Below, one piece after another: positions 39,871 through 50,366 of a stretch of DNA of 64,000 nucleotides. The notes below the pieces were generated by a model. The model made no database searches. It was not told the origin of the DNA and saw nothing but the letters and a program-made list of their open reading frames with translations. Both the position numbers and the translations under genes were made by a program. Where the stretch lies: the NCBI GenBank assembly GCA_044070495.1, contig JBIPSI010000019.1, forward strand, positions 32,001-96,000. The letters are read 5' to 3'. Numbering within the stretch: the first letter of the stretch is position 1; the number at the start of each line of letters is the position of its first letter. The DNA is from Spirulina sp. Lineage in GTDB: Bacteria > Cyanobacteriota > Cyanobacteriia > Phormidesmidales > Phormidesmidaceae.

Positions 39871-41052
39871 CTAGGCCGCTGAGCTAAAGCGGATTTTGAG
39901 GTAGTCGTCCTCCATTTTGGCCCCAGAGGGTTGCAGGGCGGCGAGGGCCTGGGGCAGCACCAGGTTGCGGCGGTGGTTGCCGATGCGAATGTTCAGTTCG
40001 TCGGCGGATTTGCTTAGCTCGATTTTGTCCTTAGGAATGCCGGGGAGGTACAGTTCTAGGCTGTAGTTGCTGTCTTCCTGCACCACGCGCAGGGTGGTTT
40101 CTTTGTAGTAAACCTGGGCGGGATCTTCGTCTTTATAGAGAGTGTCCTTCAGGCGGTGCAGGGCTTCGATACCGCACATTTCCTCGGCAAACAGGGGCAC
40201 TTCCTTCACGGGCAGGGGCCGGAAATCGTCGTGGATTTCCTGCTTGTATTCCTGCTGCTTTTCCTTCATGCGTTGGAAGAAGGGATCCTGCACCTCTTCG
40301 GGGATAATCCGGTTGGCGATCACCAAATCCGTGCCCACGTTGTACAGGCTCAGGTAGGCATGGGCGCGGAGGGATTCCTTGATCACCATTTTTTCGGGGT
40401 TGGTGACCAGGCGAACGGAGGTAGTGGTGGCATCGGTGAGGACTTTTTCCAGATCCACCAACTGTTCATAGAACTCGTAGGGGGCATCCATCACCTCGCG
40501 GGTGGGCAGAGAAAACCCGGCCACGGGGCGAAACAGCGGTTCCACCAGGGGCCGCAGCACCTCAGAAACGGCCTGGAAGGGTTTGTAGAGTTTCCGCATA
40601 TACCAGCCCGCCACCTCCGGCAGGCTCAGCAGGCGCAGGGCCGTACCCGTGGGGGCCGAGTCGATGATCAGCACGTCGTATTCGCCTTCGTCGTGGTGGC
40701 GCTTCATGCGAACCAGACTAAAAATTTCGTCCATGCCGGGGAGGATGGCCAGTTCTTCCGCCTCGATGCCCTCTAGGCCACGGGCTTGCAGCACGTCGGT
40801 GATGTAGCGCTTTACGGCTCCCCAGTTGCCCTCCAGTTCCATCAGGGCATCGAGTTCGGCCCCCCACAGGTTGGGCTGCACCAGGCGCGGCTCATGGCCC
40901 AGTTCCATATCAAAGCTATCCGCCAGGGAGTGGGCCGGATCGGTGCTCAGCACCAGGGTCTTGTAGCCTAATTCGGCGCAACGCAGCCCGGTGGCCGCCG
41001 CCACGGAGGTTTTACCCACGCCGCCTTTACCCGTCATCAACAATACCCGCAT
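39871..41052 (-). CDS. ArsA/GET3 family ATPase with C-terminal HSP20-like domain
   Basis: [16 protein letters not shown] and DSAPTG. Confidence 0.93.
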   Translation of the reverse strand: MRVLLMTGKGGVGKTSVAAATGLRCAELGYKTLVLSTDPAHSLADSFDMELGHEPRLVQPNLWGAELDALMELEGNWGAVKRYITDVLQARGLEGIEAEELAILPGMDEIFSLVRMKRHHDEGEYDVLIIDSAPTGTALRLLSLPEVAGWYMRKLYKPFQAVSEVLRPLVEPLFRPVAGFSLPTREVMDAPYEFYEQLVDLEKVLTDATTTSVRLVTNPEKMVIKESLRAHAYLSLYNVGTDLVIANRIIPEEVQDPFFQRMKEKQQEYKQEIHDDFRPLPVKEVPLFAEEMCGIEALHRLKDTLYKDEDPAQVYYKETTLRVVQEDSNYSLELYLPGIPKDKIELSKSADELNIRIGNHRRNLVLPQALAALQPSGAKMEDDYLKIRFSSAA

Positions 41053-41342
41053 GTGGGTGTCCTCGTTTTTCTCTAGTGTTCCCTAGTTTCTTAATTTATA
41101 GGCTTTTTGAGGTTTCCGCAGGGATTGGCAGAATCCCTTGAGGCTGATGGCCTGACACCGCTCCCAAGTAGATTGGATGCCGCGACGTGGAACCCAACCC
41201 TCACGGAGGATTTTGGATGGGTTGGGTTCTGCTATTTGGGTTCTGCTATGGCGCTACCTAGCCGACGAGAGATCAAGGCTTTTCGGCCTTGTGTCAGTCA
41301 AGCTTCCGCCCTAGGTTGCCCTGGCCTGAGGTGAGCCTGAGG

Positions 41343-42116
41343 TTAATAGAGAAATCGCTCAAATCGAAGCACAGGTTCGGTTTGAAGGGGGGTGTAGCTG
41401 CCATCGTGGACTTCATACTGGGCCAGGTGGGTATCGCTGATGTGATACTGCTGATTGCCGTCGATGGCGATGTAGACCGCCTGGTTGACGGCCACATCCT
41501 CCGTGACGAAGGCTGCTTGGGTGGCCTTGTGGGTGCCCACATAGCGCAGCCCTTGGGTCGTCTTGCAGAGGTAAATCTGGTAGGACTGGGTTTCAAAAAA
41601 GGCTTCCTGGCGATCTGCGCCGCAGGGCTGGCTGGTGGTTGCTAGGACGGTTTGGGCGGTATTGGCCTCTGGGCTGGCGGGGGCATTGGCCAGGGGGGTG
41701 GCGTTGCTAATGTCTACAAAATCTCCGCGCACCCAGCCCTCTTGGTCAGAGTCGGTGTATTGGGCGTAGTACCAGGTGTGGCCGCCCTCCCCCTCTGCTA
41801 AGCGCAGTAGACGCACTTCGTCGCCGCCTGTACCCGTGCCCAAAATCGGCGAGAGGGTGGTGGGCTGAGAGCGCAGGTTGATCTGGGCCTCTGCGGTTTG
41901 GCTGGCCAGGGTGGTGACACGGGGGGGATCAATCACCGTAGCCCGGAACCCACCGATGGTTTCCTCTTGGGGCACCTCTGCCGCATCCGCAGGGCCATCG
42001 ATGGGGGTGCTTGCCTCAGGGGAGGGATCGGAGGACGCACTACAGCCCGTTACCCCCAGCAGCGCGGCCAGTCCTACCCCAAGCCAGATTTGTTTTGCGC
42101 TTAAAGACCACAGCAT
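41343..42116 (-). CDS. SH3-like domain lipoprotein
   Basis: Lipobox VTGC; INLRSQP...WYY...EGWVRGDFV. Confidence 0.8.
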   Translation of the reverse strand: MLWSLSAKQIWLGVGLAALLGVTGCSASSDPSPEASTPIDGPADAAEVPQEETIGGFRATVIDPPRVTTLASQTAEAQINLRSQPTTLSPILGTGTGGDEVRLLRLAEGEGGHTWYYAQYTDSDQEGWVRGDFVDISNATPLANAPASPEANTAQTVLATTSQPCGADRQEAFFETQSYQIYLCKTTQGLRYVGTHKATQAAFVTEDVAVNQAVYIAIDGNQQYHISDTHLAQYEVHDGSYTPLQTEPVLRFERFLY

Positions 42117-42246
42117 AGCGTTCTCCAGGGCGATCAATCGCAGGGGAATGAATCAGCCGCCATGCTACACCATCCCTCGAAAAGTGAGCCCCCCTGACCT
42201 AGAAAAACCCCGACGGGGCCGCCGCCAGGAGCCGTGATGGGCTGGC

Positions 42247-42780
42247 CTAAAACTGCTCCATGCCCTGAAACTCGGTGTTGCTGTCGGGAATACGGGTGGT
42301 ACAGGAGGATTCCACCACCAAGGAATCGAAGATCTCAATGCGACAGGTTCCCGTTGTGTTCATCACCCGCCGATCCTCGAGGGAGGAGGCAAAGCTCGTG
42401 ACCTGGGTTTCAAGGATGAAGCCGTTGACCCCACGGGTGCCGGGCAGGCGACGAGTGATGGTGCCGCTGTAGACGGTTTCCAAGTTATTCGCGTAGCGAC
42501 CGGCCAAAGAGAAGCTGAACCTGTTGGTTTCGTTGAAACTCAGCATGGCCTCGGCTTGGCGACCGATGGTGAACACCGACCCCGTGGCAATGCCCCGCCC
42601 CGGAAAGGTGCCCTCCACGGGCATGGGGAACGTTTGATAATGGGGACGGTTCTGGGCGACCAGATCGGCTCGATTCCCCGTCTGGGCAAGCCCTGAACCC
42701 GCCAGCGCCACCACACCACTCAACATCACCGGCACCCAGGTTCCCATCGCTAACATCTCCATAATGGTGTCCTTCCACAA
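42247..42780 (-). CDS. Hypothetical exported protein
   Basis: Signal-peptide-like N-terminus; start codon uncertain. Confidence 0.6.
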   Translation of the reverse strand: MWKDTIMEMLAMGTWVPVMLSGVVALAGSGLAQTGNRADLVAQNRPHYQTFPMPVEGTFPGRGIATGSVFTIGRQAEAMLSFNETNRFSFSLAGRYANNLETVYSGTITRRLPGTRGVNGFILETQVTSFASSLEDRRVMNTTGTCRIEIFDSLVVESSCTTRIPDSNTEFQGMEQF

Positions 42781-42936
42781 TCAACAACGTAAAAAACGTA
42801 AAAGGCTAGGGGCGTCGCTGAATTACCCGATCAAGCCCGAGGGGTAAACGCCTCTTTCAGGGAGTTCCCAAAGCGTCTAGCCTTGGCGGCATCCCCTGCA
42901 TCAGCGACGCCAAAATTGGCCTTCGGCCACAATGCA

Positions 42937-43455
42937 CTACTCGCAGGCCGCCACAGAAATCGTGTAGAAGTTACCATTGACTCCCCCCAGGCGGGTGTTC
43001 ACCACCGCTGGCTGTCGTCCTGTGGCCGAGGCAAAGGGAATAATGAAGGTGCTGCCTGCCACGGCATCGGCACTGTCGCTAAAGACTTGCTCAGACCCGC
43101 CGTGGGGCATCCGCAGATGCACATCTAGCCAGTAGGGGGCGGTATTTTCCGGCGTGACCACGGCCACAAAGTAGCTGACGTTGGGCTGAGTCGGGACAAG
43201 CCAGTCCGTGTGCCAATTATTGCTTCCAAAGGCGCGGTTCTCGATGCGCTTGCGCACTTCGGTTTGGCCGGTGGTCACCTCTTGCAGGGCCACACAGGAT
43301 CGTCCACTACCCGTGGGAGAAGGGTCGGATTGAGCTAATTCCATCGGCGGGGTTGACTCTATGGCGGCTGGGGGAGTCGCCATCGCCAAGGCGGGTACCA
43401 AAACTGCACCAGCGCAGGTGGCCGCTACAGTAGCTAGGGACTGGAAAGTTTTCAT
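42937..43455 (-). CDS. Hypothetical exported protein
   Basis: Signal peptide ending AMA; AAGGA RBS. Confidence 0.7.
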   Translation of the reverse strand: MKTFQSLATVAATCAGAVLVPALAMATPPAAIESTPPMELAQSDPSPTGSGRSCVALQEVTTGQTEVRKRIENRAFGSNNWHTDWLVPTQPNVSYFVAVVTPENTAPYWLDVHLRMPHGGSEQVFSDSADAVAGSTFIIPFASATGRQPAVVNTRLGGVNGNFYTISVAACE

Positions 43456-43623
43456 GGTTAAACGTCCTTAGGTTATTTCAGGGTTGTTTATGGTCAGGGC
43501 TGTTCAAAGCCGCTAGATATCAGACCTCTAGACGTTTTCCAGAGGCCTGAACATCCCAGGGTTGGCGGGGCCGTCGGGGCAAGTAGAGGTCAACCCACGA
43601 CCGCCCCATAGTCTGGGGAAACT

Positions 43624-44118
43624 CTACAGCTCAGCGCCAAAGTCTTCCCGCAGCTTGGCTTCCTGCTCCGCCGACAGGTTGGACTGGATCAGCTCACCCA
43701 CCTCATCGGGGCCGAAGGCTTCGCTCACCTTGTCCACGGTGACTTGGCCAGTCAGCAAAAACAGGGCCGAGGTGCCTTCGGTCACCTTGTCGCGCAGGTC
43801 TTTGATGAAGTCGTCGTTGATGCCGTAGTCCGTGAACTTGCCGGACAGGGCACCCGCCGCTGCCCCCACAATCATGCCGAACAGGGGCACCAAGAAAATG
43901 AGGCCAAACAACATGCCCCAGAAGGCACCGCCCAGGGCACCAACGCCGACGGTGCTAACCGCTTGGTAGGTCTTGGGTTTTTTGCGTCCCTCCGGCCAAG
44001 TCACCACGGCAGCATCCAGCACCTTGATCAACTCCTGTTTTTGCAGACCTTCTAGCTTTGCCAAGGCGTTTTCTGCACCGTCGGCAGCCTTAAATTTCCA
44101 AACCGTTAATGTAGACAT
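43624..44118 (-). CDS. DUF1269 family membrane protein
   Basis: DAAVVTW, GALGGAFWGMLFGLIF and GINDDFIK...TSALFLL; AGGAG RBS. Confidence 0.9.
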   Translation of the reverse strand: MSTLTVWKFKAADGAENALAKLEGLQKQELIKVLDAAVVTWPEGRKKPKTYQAVSTVGVGALGGAFWGMLFGLIFLVPLFGMIVGAAAGALSGKFTDYGINDDFIKDLRDKVTEGTSALFLLTGQVTVDKVSEAFGPDEVGELIQSNLSAEQEAKLREDFGAEL

Positions 44119-44268
44119 AGAATTCTCCTGGTTAGAAAAATCAGAGTGATGGCATAACAACCTAGAAACCAGTTGCAGAGTCTCCATGGTGTCGCCCTAG
44201 TGTAAGCCATTGCTATTCAAATGAGGTTAACTTGGCTTAAAATTACCAATTTTGTTAATCAATGATCG

Positions 44269-44661
44269 CTAATCAAGGGTCGAAACCGTGGCGGAAATTA
44301 ACCGATGAATTTGGGCAGACAAGGTATGGGGATTGAACGGTTTCGCAATGGCTCCGAGAAAACCCATTTGATTTAACTCTGCGGTGGTAAACCAGTTGGC
44401 CTTGGCGCTGATTAGAACAATCGGTATCGTTAACCGCCTAGAATAGGACTTTAATTGCTCAATCAGCAGGAGGGCATCAATTTCTGGAGTCGAAGCATCA
44501 ATCAGGATGATATCTGGATGCTGTTTTTCACACAGGAAAATACCTTCCCGAATTGACCTAGAGCTAGTCACCTCCCAGCCGCCAAATTCTCTCAGGCAAT
44601 CGCCTATAACCTCTCGAAGGCTGGATTCATGCTCAATCAAAAGAATCATTGGACTGGGCAT
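44269..44661 (-). CDS. Single-domain response regulator (receiver)
   Basis: ILLIEHE, PDIILID, IPIVLISA and IAKPF. Confidence 0.88.
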   Translation of the reverse strand: MPSPMILLIEHESSLREVIGDCLREFGGWEVTSSRSIREGIFLCEKQHPDIILIDASTPEIDALLLIEQLKSYSRRLTIPIVLISAKANWFTTAELNQMGFLGAIAKPFNPHTLSAQIHRLISATVSTLD

Positions 44662-44951
44662 AGATCGCCCCTTAAAAATAGACGAAATTGGAGTTTAGTC
44701 GGCTATCCAAATGTCCTCAACTCAAAAAAATCTCCTTTACTTTTTGTCATATTTCTGAACTAATCTAGAGAATATGGCAGTTCAAGCAGCCCCATTCAAG
44801 GAAAGCCAGAGGAGAAAACCTCCCCCCTACGCACGGTTGGATAGATTGGAAATTAGGAGCATGGAATTCAGATTGGCTACCAGAAGATCTTCAGGCTATA
44901 AAAAGCATCTGATTATGCTAAGTAGTAGCCTAGAGAAAAACTATAGGAAAG

Positions 44952-46190
44952 TTATAGGAGTGTGTTGGGTGTAGCGGCGATAGGGCTAAGGGAAAATTTC
45001 TGGGCCATGTCCTCAGAAACGCTTTGGGGACTGCTGGTTGCCGCAGCTTGCTGTAGCTGCATCTGTAAAGCATCGTTGGGATCAATCCAGAGAACGGCCC
45101 CAGTCCCAGCCATGGAATCGGCACCGAAGGAGGCACCGGAGCGCCAGACAATCTGACGGCTCCCTGGCGCTAGGGTATGCGCAACGGTCTGGTCTGAGGT
45201 CAGCCAAACCGTTGGCACCTCTGGCCAATGCAGGGGTGGTGCTGCCGTGGCCTCCACTGCTACTCCAGCTAGGGCCATCAGCACCCCAGGGCGATCCTGG
45301 AGCAACTCCCCAGAGGGCAACCAAAGGGCCGCTGCAAAGCCCTTGCCTAGGGCGTAATGGTAGAGGGAAGCCGCCGCTATCACCGCCTGTTCAAAGCTCT
45401 CCTCGGCCCAATCGCCCCTGGTGTTGAGGGCAATGACGATCTCCTGGCTGGCGGTTACTTTTTCGAGTTCTCGCACCCGCAGTTCACCATAGCGAGCGCT
45501 GGTGCGCCAGTGAATCAGACGGGTGGGGTCGCCCCAGCGGTAGGGCCGTAGTGATCGGGTCACGCCCTCGGTGGCGGGTTTGACCACGGGATGATAGTGC
45601 CATTGTTGGCCCGATTGATTGCCCAGGGCATCCACGATGGGGCAGTGCGCCAGGGGCAGGATTTGCGGATACACGATGGCGGTGGTAGGCAGGGGTAACG
45701 TTCGACGGTACCAAAACAGCCCCAGCGGAGCCGCCGAACGCAGGGTTAAGGTTTCCCAGGTATATATTCCTCGCCGGGTGGTGGGTACCCAATAGCGCCA
45801 GGGCAGGGTTTGCCCAGAGTCTAAATGGCGCAGGGCGGTACGTTGGGGTGTACCAAGGACAGGATGAACGGCGTCGATGACTTGAAAGAGTCCCTTGGCG
45901 TGGCGGTGGGAGTTGTGTACCAAGACTGTCACCGCCAGGTTCTCCCCTGCCGCCACGGGTTCGATGGGCATGCGCTCCACGGTGACCCCGTGAAGTTGGC
46001 GACGGGGCAGACGAGTTGCCATAGCTAGCAAAGCCAGCATTAAGCCACTCATCACATAGAGCCAGCCGGCTAGGGTATTGGTCGCCGCTGCGAAGAGAAA
46101 AATCGCCAGCCCCAGCAGCAACCCTCCGGCATAGGTGGGCTGTAGACCACGCTGTTCTAGAAAATTGCTCAAGCGTCTGAAAAAAGCCAT
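44952..46190 (-). CDS. DUF58 family protein
   Basis: LRPYRWGDPTRLIHWRTSARYGELRVRE. Confidence 0.92.
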   Translation of the reverse strand: MAFFRRLSNFLEQRGLQPTYAGGLLLGLAIFLFAAATNTLAGWLYVMSGLMLALLAMATRLPRRQLHGVTVERMPIEPVAAGENLAVTVLVHNSHRHAKGLFQVIDAVHPVLGTPQRTALRHLDSGQTLPWRYWVPTTRRGIYTWETLTLRSAAPLGLFWYRRTLPLPTTAIVYPQILPLAHCPIVDALGNQSGQQWHYHPVVKPATEGVTRSLRPYRWGDPTRLIHWRTSARYGELRVRELEKVTASQEIVIALNTRGDWAEESFEQAVIAAASLYHYALGKGFAAALWLPSGELLQDRPGVLMALAGVAVEATAAPPLHWPEVPTVWLTSDQTVAHTLAPGSRQIVWRSGASFGADSMAGTGAVLWIDPNDALQMQLQQAAATSSPQSVSEDMAQKFSLSPIAATPNTLL

Positions 46191-46398
46191 GGCAGAGTGA
46201 ATTCAGGGTGATGGTAGGGGCTGGCCTAAACCGAGAGATGTTCCCATCCTAGTCGTCTCAGATGTCTAGAGCATAGCCAGCCCCCAAGTTTTACCGCCAT
46301 GACCCCAGACAACGGTGATCCCTGGCCATTCTGGGTCGCCCATCCACCGGCCCCCATGCTGTGATTCAATAGGGGCAGTTGTTGTGGAGAGATTAGCC

Positions 46399-46491
46399 AT
46401 GGGAGCCATCGCGTTTATTTTGTTTCTGGGGGCGATGCTGGGCCTAGCCCTGGGCCTCTACTTTGGTCTGCGCACCTTCAAGCTCATCTAA
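46399..46491 (+). CDS. petL: Cytochrome b6f subunit PetL (missed by the ORF track)
   Basis: MGAIAFILFLGAMLGLALGLYFGLRTFKLI*, 30 aa, GGAG RBS, typical GL.FGLR..KLI end. Confidence 0.88.
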   Translation: MGAIAFILFLGAMLGLALGLYFGLRTFKLI

Positions 46492-46621
46492 TCCCGGATT
46501 CTGGTTGATTGATTCCCCCCAGGGGATGGGGACGAGTCCTCCTCGTCCCTACGGTCGGTTGGATGGGGGAGAAATCGGGGATAGGAAATATGGATGTTGC
46601 CCTAGGCTGGCCATGGCTAAC

Positions 46622-47482
46622 CTAGGGCAACTTTTTGGCAGGATGGCCTGTTTCGGGAGAAATGCGCAGCCGTTTGGCTTCGCGGCATCGACTCACTGAG
46701 GGTTGGGGATCACCCTGGGCCAACAGTTCCGAAAGAGTGACAAACCGATAGCCCTGGGGGCTGTAGGTGTCCAGAATTTGCCGCACCAGTTCCACCGTAT
46801 TTTGGCGGTTAACGGGGGGAGAACCGGGGGGAGTGGGGCCAGCGTCGTGCATCAGCACAATGGCCCCTGGGTGGGCGCTCTGTTGCAGTAGGGTAAGCAT
46901 GTGCTCCACAGACAGACCGTTCCAGTCCTGTACGTCGATATCCCAAAAGATGATCGGTCTACCCATGGCCTTTAGGGTGGCCATCACCAGCAGGTTAGCG
47001 TGGCCATAGGGGGGACGAAAATAGGACGGCAGGTGCCGTAGCCAGGGGGTCAGCAGATCGTCTGTGTTCTGAATTTCTTGATAAATGGCTCGGCGGAATT
47101 TGCGGTTGAGATCCGGATGAGAAAAGGTGTGATTGGCCAACTCGTGGCCTTGGGCGACCAGGGTTTGGGCAATATCGGGGTACTGGGCGAGGTGCTGGCC
47201 GATGGTGAAAAAGGTGGCCTTGGCTTGATAGTCGTGCAGCAGGTCGAGGATGGCAGGGGTATAAACCGGATGGGGGCCATCGTCAAAGGTGAGGGCCATG
47301 ATGGGAGCCTGGGTGTGCACACAGAAGACGGCCTGCCCAGACATCTGAGTCCACAAAAAGCGCTGGGGCCAGAAACCCTTTGTCCACACCAGGAGGGTGA
47401 GGGTGGTGGCTACCAACATCAGCCCCATGCGTACCACCAACCGCCGCAGCCCCCGAAGACGATGATGACGTGCAGGTATCAT
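46622..47482 (-). CDS. Polysaccharide deacetylase (CE4)
   Basis: TFDDGP, NHTFSH, FRPPYG and LMHD. Confidence 0.93.
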   Translation of the reverse strand: MIPARHHRLRGLRRLVVRMGLMLVATTLTLLVWTKGFWPQRFLWTQMSGQAVFCVHTQAPIMALTFDDGPHPVYTPAILDLLHDYQAKATFFTIGQHLAQYPDIAQTLVAQGHELANHTFSHPDLNRKFRRAIYQEIQNTDDLLTPWLRHLPSYFRPPYGHANLLVMATLKAMGRPIIFWDIDVQDWNGLSVEHMLTLLQQSAHPGAIVLMHDAGPTPPGSPPVNRQNTVELVRQILDTYSPQGYRFVTLSELLAQGDPQPSVSRCREAKRLRISPETGHPAKKLP

Positions 47483-47495
47483 GGTTTCCTAGCCC

Positions 47496-48857
47496 TCATG
47501 GTTTAACGGGGGATGAGAACACGGGGTGATGTTCCATCGCCAGATCAGAAAGTGCCTGAAGCGCCGCCAGCATGGCCCACCCAAGGAGATTGACTCGGGC
47601 ATCGAAAAAGGCAATGTCGAAGAGGGAAAACAGAATGCAGGCCAGAAAGCCAAGACCATAGCCCGCCAGCACGGGCCGGAACCCCCAGGGCAGCAGACGC
47701 AGGCTGTAGCATCGCACGGCCCGATAGCATACCCAGCTAACGATGCCCGTCAGCAGCAGCATCACGGGCAACCCTGCCTCCGCCGCCAGATGCAGCCATA
47801 GGTTGTGGCCGTGGTTCAGCAGCGGTTCATCGGGAATGGAGTAGGGCACGTAATTGGCCTGGAACCCACCAAAGCCAACCCCAAACCAGGGATGCTGCCG
47901 AATCAATGGCAGCGACAACTGCCAAATGTTGACTCGCATGGCGCTACTGCTGAAGGCATAGGTAATCGAACGCCCCCCAACGCCGCCATAGGCAACCCCT
48001 ACCAGGGTTGCCATCACTAGGCCTAGCCCTATCCACCGAGCCCAGCGATGCCGCCGCATCAGCATGATGGTAATCAGCAATTGCACCAGTATCACCAAAA
48101 TTCCGCTACGTGATCCCGATCCAAAAACACCGAGGGGAATCAGGGCCGTGGCTGCGTAGATCCAGGCCATGGTGGCGGAGGGGTAAGCGGTCAAGCGCGA
48201 CCGAGAATCGCCTTGGTCTGCGGTCGTGGGGGAGACCGCAGACCAGGGCATTGCCTCTGGAGTTTGTAGGGCCAGCATACAGAGCCCTAGCCCTAGGCCA
48301 AAGATCATCACCAGGTAGGCGGCCAACACGTTGGGGTGTCCAAACACCGAATCGGCCCGATGACCGTAGTTTTGGGTTTGATAGAGCCATGCCATCCAGG
48401 GTGCCTGGCTGAATCGGGACACCATGGCCGGTGCCCGAAAGATATACTCGACCACTGCCCGCAGGCTGATCGGAACCGAGGCCATCAACAGCCAAAATGC
48501 TAGTTTTCTCAGGCTTTGGAGGGGGTTGGGTAGGCGGGTGATGTAGAGGGAGAACCCCGCAAAAAAGAGAAAAAATGGCCAGAGATTTGTGGACTGGAGC
48601 GCGGCCTGGAGCGGGTTCTCCGCCGCCGCGATACTGAGACCGATGCCCAGGGTGAGCCACACCCAGCCCTGTCGCCAAAGCCGCTGCCAGATCGCCTGGG
48701 GATAGGCCACCAACCAACCTAGAATCAAAATGAAAAACCCCGTGAGACCCAGGTAACTGGCGTAGGGCAAAACGATAAAGCTCCCCAGGGCTAAGCGCTC
48801 ATGGTGTTGTGTTAGCCCCCAGCCCCCCAGGCCGTACCCCTTTGCTTTGATAGCCAT
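47496..48857 (-). CDS. O-antigen ligase/polymerase family protein
   Basis: Multi-TM; SVFGHPNVLA, SGSRSG, PWFGVGFG and HGHNLWL. Confidence 0.9.
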   Translation of the reverse strand: MAIKAKGYGLGGWGLTQHHERLALGSFIVLPYASYLGLTGFFILILGWLVAYPQAIWQRLWRQGWVWLTLGIGLSIAAAENPLQAALQSTNLWPFFLFFAGFSLYITRLPNPLQSLRKLAFWLLMASVPISLRAVVEYIFRAPAMVSRFSQAPWMAWLYQTQNYGHRADSVFGHPNVLAAYLVMIFGLGLGLCMLALQTPEAMPWSAVSPTTADQGDSRSRLTAYPSATMAWIYAATALIPLGVFGSGSRSGILVILVQLLITIMLMRRHRWARWIGLGLVMATLVGVAYGGVGGRSITYAFSSSAMRVNIWQLSLPLIRQHPWFGVGFGGFQANYVPYSIPDEPLLNHGHNLWLHLAAEAGLPVMLLLTGIVSWVCYRAVRCYSLRLLPWGFRPVLAGYGLGFLACILFSLFDIAFFDARVNLLGWAMLAALQALSDLAMEHHPVFSSPVKP

Positions 48858-48889
48858 GCGCCCCCTTGATATCGATGGTGGTTTCAGGA

Positions 48890-50335
48890 TTAATAGGCCC
48901 CATCACCTCGAATCACCACCCCAACCGTTTTAATCAGAATATAGATATCTAGCCACACTGACCAGTTCCTGACGTAGTAGGCATCTAAGTTGACCCGCTC
49001 GGCATAGGAGACATCGTTGCGCCCTGAAACCTGCCACAGTCCGGTCAGTCCAGGGAGGACGCGGGTGTAAAGACTGTACTTCTCGGCATAGCGAGGAATT
49101 TCCTCCGCAATAATCGGACGGGGGCCAACCAGACTCATCTCCCCCCGCAGCACGTTCCAAAGCTGGGGCAGTTCATCCAGGCTGGTGCGTCGCAAAAAGC
49201 GCCCAATGGCGGTAACTCTGGGGTCGTAACGCAGCTTTTGGTCGGCTTCCCACTGATGTTTAAGGTGGGGGTGGGAGGTGAGGTAGGCGGCCAAGGCTCG
49301 GTCGGCGTTGGGCACCATGGATCGAAACTTCCAGGCCATGAAGGGACGGCCATTGCGACCCAGGCGTTTTTGACCATAGAACACGGGGCCAGGGGAACTG
49401 AGCTTCACCAAGAGGGCAATGAGCACCAGCAGCGGCAGTAGCGCCAGCCCCACCACCAAGGTCAAGATGAAATCGAGGAGGGCCTTGGACATCCTTGGCC
49501 CCGGCAGCAGTAAGCGCTGGCTAATTTCTAGGCCCAAAATGCCGCCCAGATCCTTGGCCCCCACCCACAGGCTCGACACCCCGAACAAATCGGGGATCAT
49601 CAGCAGGTGGGCAAAGGTATTGCCGTACTGCTCCAGAATGGTTAGCAGGCGCTCCCGTTGCACCCCTGGCATGGCCACAATGGCGTAGTGAATGTCCCGC
49701 TGGCGGGCTAGCACCGGGGCGGCGGACAGCCCCCCAAGCACCGGAATACCGCAGATTTCACCCCGTTTTTCGGGGTCATCATCGAGGGCGGCCACGGGCT
49801 TGAGGCCAAATTCGGGCTGGCGCTGTAGGGTGTGAATCACCATTTCTCCGGTTTTTCCGGCCCCCAAGATCAGGACGGGATAGCCCCACCAGGCATAGCG
49901 GGATACCCCCTGGCGCAGCAGCAACCGTCCTAGCAACACAGATCCAAGGGAGAGCCCCCAGGCCATGAGGAACACCCCCCGCGAGTAGGTTTCTCCCTCG
50001 CCGACCAGGAAAAAGCCAGCCCCCAGCACGAGGTAGGTAAAGGTGGTAGACAGCACCACCCGCCGTAACTCATCCACCGGGCTAAGCCCCACCCCTGGAT
50101 AGAGACCAGCCGCCGTATAGGCGAGCAAAAACACGCCCAGGATCGGCCAAAGCTGCCAATAGAGAATGGGATCGTAGGCTCCATTTAGGGCAAGACGACC
50201 GTAGACACTAATGATTCCAGCCAACACGAGGGCTAGCGTATCCGCCGTAGCCAACGCTCCCACCATCGGGATAGACCGAGTTGACATCCGTAGTGAGGCC
50301 ATGACTGGACTGATCGCTTGCGGTAGAGGAAACAT
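48890..50335 (-). CDS. wbaP: Undecaprenyl-phosphate sugar phosphotransferase (WbaP type)
   Basis: [30 protein letters not shown] and CoA-binding-like GAG motif. Confidence 0.9.
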   Translation of the reverse strand: MFPLPQAISPVMASLRMSTRSIPMVGALATADTLALVLAGIISVYGRLALNGAYDPILYWQLWPILGVFLLAYTAAGLYPGVGLSPVDELRRVVLSTTFTYLVLGAGFFLVGEGETYSRGVFLMAWGLSLGSVLLGRLLLRQGVSRYAWWGYPVLILGAGKTGEMVIHTLQRQPEFGLKPVAALDDDPEKRGEICGIPVLGGLSAAPVLARQRDIHYAIVAMPGVQRERLLTILEQYGNTFAHLLMIPDLFGVSSLWVGAKDLGGILGLEISQRLLLPGPRMSKALLDFILTLVVGLALLPLLVLIALLVKLSSPGPVFYGQKRLGRNGRPFMAWKFRSMVPNADRALAAYLTSHPHLKHQWEADQKLRYDPRVTAIGRFLRRTSLDELPQLWNVLRGEMSLVGPRPIIAEEIPRYAEKYSLYTRVLPGLTGLWQVSGRNDVSYAERVNLDAYYVRNWSVWLDIYILIKTVGVVIRGDGAY

Positions 50336-50366
50336 ACTGCCCCTCAGTACTCCTGAGTCACCGACA

